Source of the DNA: Cyanobacteria bacterium P01_F01_bin.150
GTDB lineage: Bacteria; Cyanobacteriota; Cyanobacteriia; CAKZMO01
Direction of reading: 5' to 3'
Assembly: GCA_039189765.1 (NCBI GenBank)
Contig: JBCCYL010000001.1
Span: 64,001-128,000 of the forward strand
DNA length: 64,000 nt
Below are positions 60,297 to 64,000 of the stretch, in pieces; within the stretch, counting starts at the first letter, position 1; the number at the start of each line of letters is the position of its first letter. The notes under the pieces are model-generated. The model did no database searches, was not told where the DNA came from, and saw only the letters and a list, made by a program, of their open reading frames with translations. Position numbers and translations under genes: made by a program.

Positions 60297-61313
60297 ATGA
60301 CAACCGTTAGTTTTTCCATGTCCCGCACTATTTTGGTTGAGACTGAAGATCGGGACCCAACGGACGTTAGACGAAAAGCCAGCGAGGTGACATTTGAATT
60401 CAATCTAGACTCGCCCCCACCGCCAGAAGGAGTAAATATTACCATCACTAGTGATGCCATCCAGATTTTTAGTGCTTTCGTACTTGGCTTCACAGAAGCA
60501 GATATTCAAGTCGTGGGTGCGGATCGTCCCGTTCCTGATTTTGACTTTTCTGCATTTGATCTGAATATCACCAGTCAACGCGCCACCGTTACGCTTAGCC
60601 ATTTTGATGATGAAGATGACACGCCTGACCCAAGCAGCCCATTTCCTTCCTACGATGGATTTAGGGAAGTAACCTTTTTTGTGGAAGACGGAGATGATTA
60701 TGATGTTGATCCAGACAACGATGATGTTCTAGTTTGGTTTGCCGATGAGCGAAATCAGCTACCTCAAAATGCCCGTAATTCCAGGGTTATCGATGTTCCA
60801 AATTTTGTTGGCACTAGGGGCAGTGATACATTTTTAGGAACTAAAGACAACAATATTGTGAGAGGGAAAGGGGGTGACGACACTCTTTCCGGCATACGCG
60901 GAAAAGACACGATTGCTGGTGGTGGTGGGGATGACATCATTAATGGCGGCGGCGGTAGCGATCGCCTCAGAGGGGGCGGCGGCAACGATGAGATATCAGG
61001 GGGCGGCGGTAAAGACAACATAGCAGGCGGCGGCGGTGACGATACCCTTTTAGGAGGCGGTGGCAGCGATACAATTGTTGGTGGCGGTGGTAACGATATT
61101 TATGTTTTGGAACGAAAGTCAGGCCAGGATACGTTTAGAGGCTTTAGAGTCGGTCAAGATCAGTTGGGGTTGTCAAACAATTTAACGTTTGATGGGTTGA
61201 CTATCACTGCCCAGGGAAACAATACCCTGATTCGAGCTGGTAGCAACTCCCTGGCAATTCTACAAGGTATACAGCCAGATGCCTTGTCCGAAGCTGACTT
61301 TATAGTCGTTTAA
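60297..61313 (+). CDS. Secreted RTX/hemolysin-type Ca2+-binding repeat protein
   Basis: Tandem GGxGxD nonapeptides, an acidic N-terminal domain, and a C-terminal DQLGLSNNLTF...LSEADF tail. Confidence 0.85.
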   Translation: MTTVSFSMSRTILVETEDRDPTDVRRKASEVTFEFNLDSPPPPEGVNITITSDAIQIFSAFVLGFTEADIQVVGADRPVPDFDFSAFDLNITSQRATVTLSHFDDEDDTPDPSSPFPSYDGFREVTFFVEDGDDYDVDPDNDDVLVWFADERNQLPQNARNSRVIDVPNFVGTRGSDTFLGTKDNNIVRGKGGDDTLSGIRGKDTIAGGGGDDIINGGGGSDRLRGGGGNDEISGGGGKDNIAGGGGDDTLLGGGGSDTIVGGGGNDIYVLERKSGQDTFRGFRVGQDQLGLSNNLTFDGLTITAQGNNTLIRAGSNSLAILQGIQPDALSEADFIVV

Positions 61314-61361
61314 TCTACTATTTGAATTCATTAGAAAACGATAGACGAGTACTCACCAGCT

Positions 61362-62759
61362 ATGCCAGAACTTAGTATTACAGCCGATCCTTTAATTCTT
61401 ATTGAAGATGAAGGAACCACAACAACCATTACCATCAGTTCCAATGAGCCGCTGCCAGAAGGCGGTCTGACTGTTTTAATTGAAACCGGTAAGCCATTTG
61501 CGCTGGGAGACTTTAATGCCTTTCAAGCTTCCTTTTCTGGGGGAGTTTTGATCAGAGGCTTATTAGATAATAGCGGCCTTGAGTTTCGCTTGACGAACCA
61601 AACGGCAACAATCACCCTTCCGGTATTTGACGATCCGGATCGAACAGCAGATGGAGCCGTAACCGATCCATCAGGTCCGTTAAGAAACGACGATCAGGGC
61701 GAAGAACAAACCACTATCTCCATTGGCTCAGGAGAGGGATACACGGTCAGTCCAACAGCAGGTAGCATCACTCTCACCTTTTTTGATACCGCTCCGCCTG
61801 CCTCCACGCCTACGCCCGCCCCTACGCCTACACCAGACCCCATATCTACGCCCGCCCCCACACCTACGCCAGACTCTACTCCAGAGCTTAGTATTAGTGC
61901 CGATATTCTTACCCTCTTGGAAAATGAGGGCACGGAAACGACGTTTACGATTACGTCTAGTGAGCCGCTACCAGAGGGTGGCTTAGTGATTTCGCTTGAA
62001 ACCAATAAGCTAGGTGCCCTAGATGACTTTGTTGGGTTTACCACATCTTCTCAGCTTTCAACCACTGGGGGGGCCGTAATAGAGGTTGCCCAGGATGGCA
62101 GCGACTTTACCTTCCGTCTAGATTCGCAAACGGCAACCATTCGCCTCCCCATTGATAATGATAACGATACGGGGAAAGAGCAGACCACTTTTTCTATTGC
62201 TACAGGAGACGGGTATACCGTTAGTCAAACCTCTGGAGCGGTTACCCTTACCCTTCTAGACATTAATCCACCCACAAATGGAGCCGATCGCATTCGAGGT
62301 TCAGACACTGCGGATACGATTAGTGGAAATGGCGGTAGAGATATTTTAATTGGCCTTGCTGGCGATGATACGATTACTGGCGGTGCTGGTAGAGACTCTG
62401 TAAGGGGCGGACGCGGCAAAGATTCTCTTTTTGGCAATGGCGGCAACGACAAAATATTTGGTGGTCAGGGGAACGACACCATGTTTGGAGGTGGCGGTAG
62501 CGATATTATTGTCGGAAATAGAGGTCGTGACACGTTTGTGTTGGAGCAAAAGTCAGGTCGTGACACCTTTAGAGACTTTACAGATAGTCAAGATCGGCTA
62601 GGTCTATCTGACGGTCTTGAATTTGATGATTTAAGCTTTATCGATCGAGGAAAGAATGTTCTGATTAGATCTGGTAATAATGCACTGGCTCTAGTGCGAG
62701 GCATCAATGCAGATCAGCTAACCGAGGCTGACTTTGTAGATGTTGAGAGTCCAATATAA
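61362..62759 (+). CDS. Secreted RTX-type Ca2+-binding protein with a duplicated N-terminal domain and PT linker
   Basis: Two copies of PELSI.AD.L.L.E.EGT.TT.TI.S.EPLPEGGL separated by a Pro/Thr-rich linker; GGxGxD repeats; C-terminal tail homologous to the upstream gene. Confidence 0.85.
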   Translation: MPELSITADPLILIEDEGTTTTITISSNEPLPEGGLTVLIETGKPFALGDFNAFQASFSGGVLIRGLLDNSGLEFRLTNQTATITLPVFDDPDRTADGAVTDPSGPLRNDDQGEEQTTISIGSGEGYTVSPTAGSITLTFFDTAPPASTPTPAPTPTPDPISTPAPTPTPDSTPELSISADILTLLENEGTETTFTITSSEPLPEGGLVISLETNKLGALDDFVGFTTSSQLSTTGGAVIEVAQDGSDFTFRLDSQTATIRLPIDNDNDTGKEQTTFSIATGDGYTVSQTSGAVTLTLLDINPPTNGADRIRGSDTADTISGNGGRDILIGLAGDDTITGGAGRDSVRGGRGKDSLFGNGGNDKIFGGQGNDTMFGGGGSDIIVGNRGRDTFVLEQKSGRDTFRDFTDSQDRLGLSDGLEFDDLSFIDRGKNVLIRSGNNALALVRGINADQLTEADFVDVESPI

Positions 62760-62788
62760 TACCCCATTGGTTATCCCAGCCAATATCG

Positions 62789-62811
62789 GTTCCCTGTCCC
62801 TGATGGGGAAC
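62789..62811. terminator. Possible terminator hairpin between convergent genes
   Basis: GTTCCCTGTC-CCT-GATGGGGAAC: 10-bp stem with 2 G-U pairs in the 71-bp convergent gap. No clear U-tract. Confidence 0.4.
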
Positions 62812-62830
62812 TGTATGGTTGTCGAGTAAG

Positions 62831-63901
62831 TTACCGCTGGACTGAACCTACAGTTAAGCCAGAAGCCGCGATCGCCCTTTTGCAGTACTCAGGCCGCTGG
62901 TCCCCTGCAAATACCTGACGATTGAGTCGGTGAGCGACAGCCAGCATCTCAGCATTAGGGAGCCAGGGAAAAATAATGGCGTCATTCGGTTTGGAATAGA
63001 GCTTGATCGTCTGTTCCAACGATTGTCCCTGAAGCATCGCTTCTGGAAGGATTAAAACCGTTGTCGCCGCATCCACTAACCAGTCATGGTCCCAATCATC
63101 GGCAGTAGCAGCAAGGGCAAAGGCTGCGTCTGGAATCATATTGTAAAATTCGGGGGACGCGGTGTCACCGCAAAATATAAAGTGGCGATCGCCCAATAAG
63201 TACCAGCCAGATTGAATAGCTTTGATCTGAATCGATGGCTGAGGAACTGGGGTTACCTGAGAAGCTAGCGTAGTCTCTATCAGCACATTGCCAACGGCGG
63301 CTTCCGAAGCGTGTGGCTGCGGCTTTGTATCCTGCTGTTGAGTTTTCTTATGGGGTATGACCGCAACGATCTCCGGCTTAGCCGCTGCATGGCTAGATGT
63401 GGAGGTTTTGCTATCTTTTGATATAGGCTGATTTTTCTGAGCGTCTGTCTTCTTTACCTTCTTCTCGCGCAGGGCTTGCCTCAAGTCTTTGTGGGTCAGC
63501 TTTTTACCGGATTGGGCCTTTTCCAGATACTCCTGTCTAACCGTTGGGGGCGTTGAAGGAGCCGCTAACAGATATAGTGCCGACGTAGCAATGTCTAGTT
63601 CCTCTAGAGTAGCCTGTTCGCCAAAGCTCTCATATACATTAATAAAATTGTAAGCAGTGCGTCGACTCCAGCCAAATTCAGCTTTTAGCCAAACGTCAAA
63701 CTGACCATATTGCAAATGATCACGCACACTGGCTAACCGCTTGCCGATTTCCCAAATATCCTGAGCGGTGCGGCGTAATCGATCCTGAATTTCGCCCGTA
63801 TGCTGACGCACTAAAGCACGCTGTGTAGGCTCTAATACCTCATAGTTGAAGTGTGTCACAATGTCTTTGCCACTATTCGCGTTAGTCACGGCCCCTCCCA
63901 A
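62831..63901 (-). CDS. DUF3102-like domain protein with a C-terminal degenerate methyltransferase-like region
   Basis: N-terminal FNYEVL...RRTAQDIWEIGKRL...GQFDVWLKAEFGWSRRTAYNFINVYESF...ATSALYLLAAPSTP is DUF3102-like. The start codon is uncertain. Confidence 0.7.
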   Translation of the reverse strand: MGGAVTNANSGKDIVTHFNYEVLEPTQRALVRQHTGEIQDRLRRTAQDIWEIGKRLASVRDHLQYGQFDVWLKAEFGWSRRTAYNFINVYESFGEQATLEELDIATSALYLLAAPSTPPTVRQEYLEKAQSGKKLTHKDLRQALREKKVKKTDAQKNQPISKDSKTSTSSHAAAKPEIVAVIPHKKTQQQDTKPQPHASEAAVGNVLIETTLASQVTPVPQPSIQIKAIQSGWYLLGDRHFIFCGDTASPEFYNMIPDAAFALAATADDWDHDWLVDAATTVLILPEAMLQGQSLEQTIKLYSKPNDAIIFPWLPNAEMLAVAHRLNRQVFAGDQRPEYCKRAIAASGLTVGSVQR

Positions 63902-64000
63902 TGTCTTCCTAAATTAAGTTCTACAGATTTTCTTAACCTGACTTTGTAGGTCCCATTGTGTTCTATATATGCATGACTACTGTCCTAAGCGTGTCCAGTC

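Overview
This is a cyanobacterial window: the HIP1 octamer GCGATCGC occurs throughout. Bases 1-55915 are the 5' part of a large minus-strand hybrid lipopeptide PKS/NRPS cluster that runs off the left edge. In transcription order it encodes FAAL-ACAD-ACP; two KS-DH-cMT-ER-KR-ACP modules lacking an AT domain; KS-AT-KR*-ACP; a luciferase-like monooxygenase; C-A(Asn)-T-E; C-A(Gly)-T-C-A(Val)-T-E-C-A(Gly)-T; KS-AT-KR*-ACP; and C-A(Ala)-T-Cy-A (truncated; this ORF is missing from the supplied track). A TonB-dependent receptor, an MFS exporter and two RTX-type Ca-binding proteins are transcribed divergently, followed by a DUF3102 gene. This context suggests a lipopeptide metallophore locus (inference). 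The most striking signal is below gene level: the megasynthase genes carry well over 50 tiny repeats (manual count), none of which breaks the reading frame. They include (i) a 14-bp inverted-repeat element with a loop of exactly 5 nt (6 copies) or exactly 37 nt (6 copies); (ii) a 24-nt double-hairpin element whose structure co-varies across 7 copies and which nests inside other repeats; (iii) three GTAG-type REP families, one forming inverted doublets; (iv) two C/G-rich hairpin families; and (v) 7/8-nt tandem arrays joined into ordered cassettes. They recur at the same loops of paralogous domains, are strongly strand-biased, avoid KS/FAAL/Cy cores and the right-hand genes, and in one case replace a conserved epimerase motif. 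Domain and substrate calls come from reading motifs by eye; no database searches were run.
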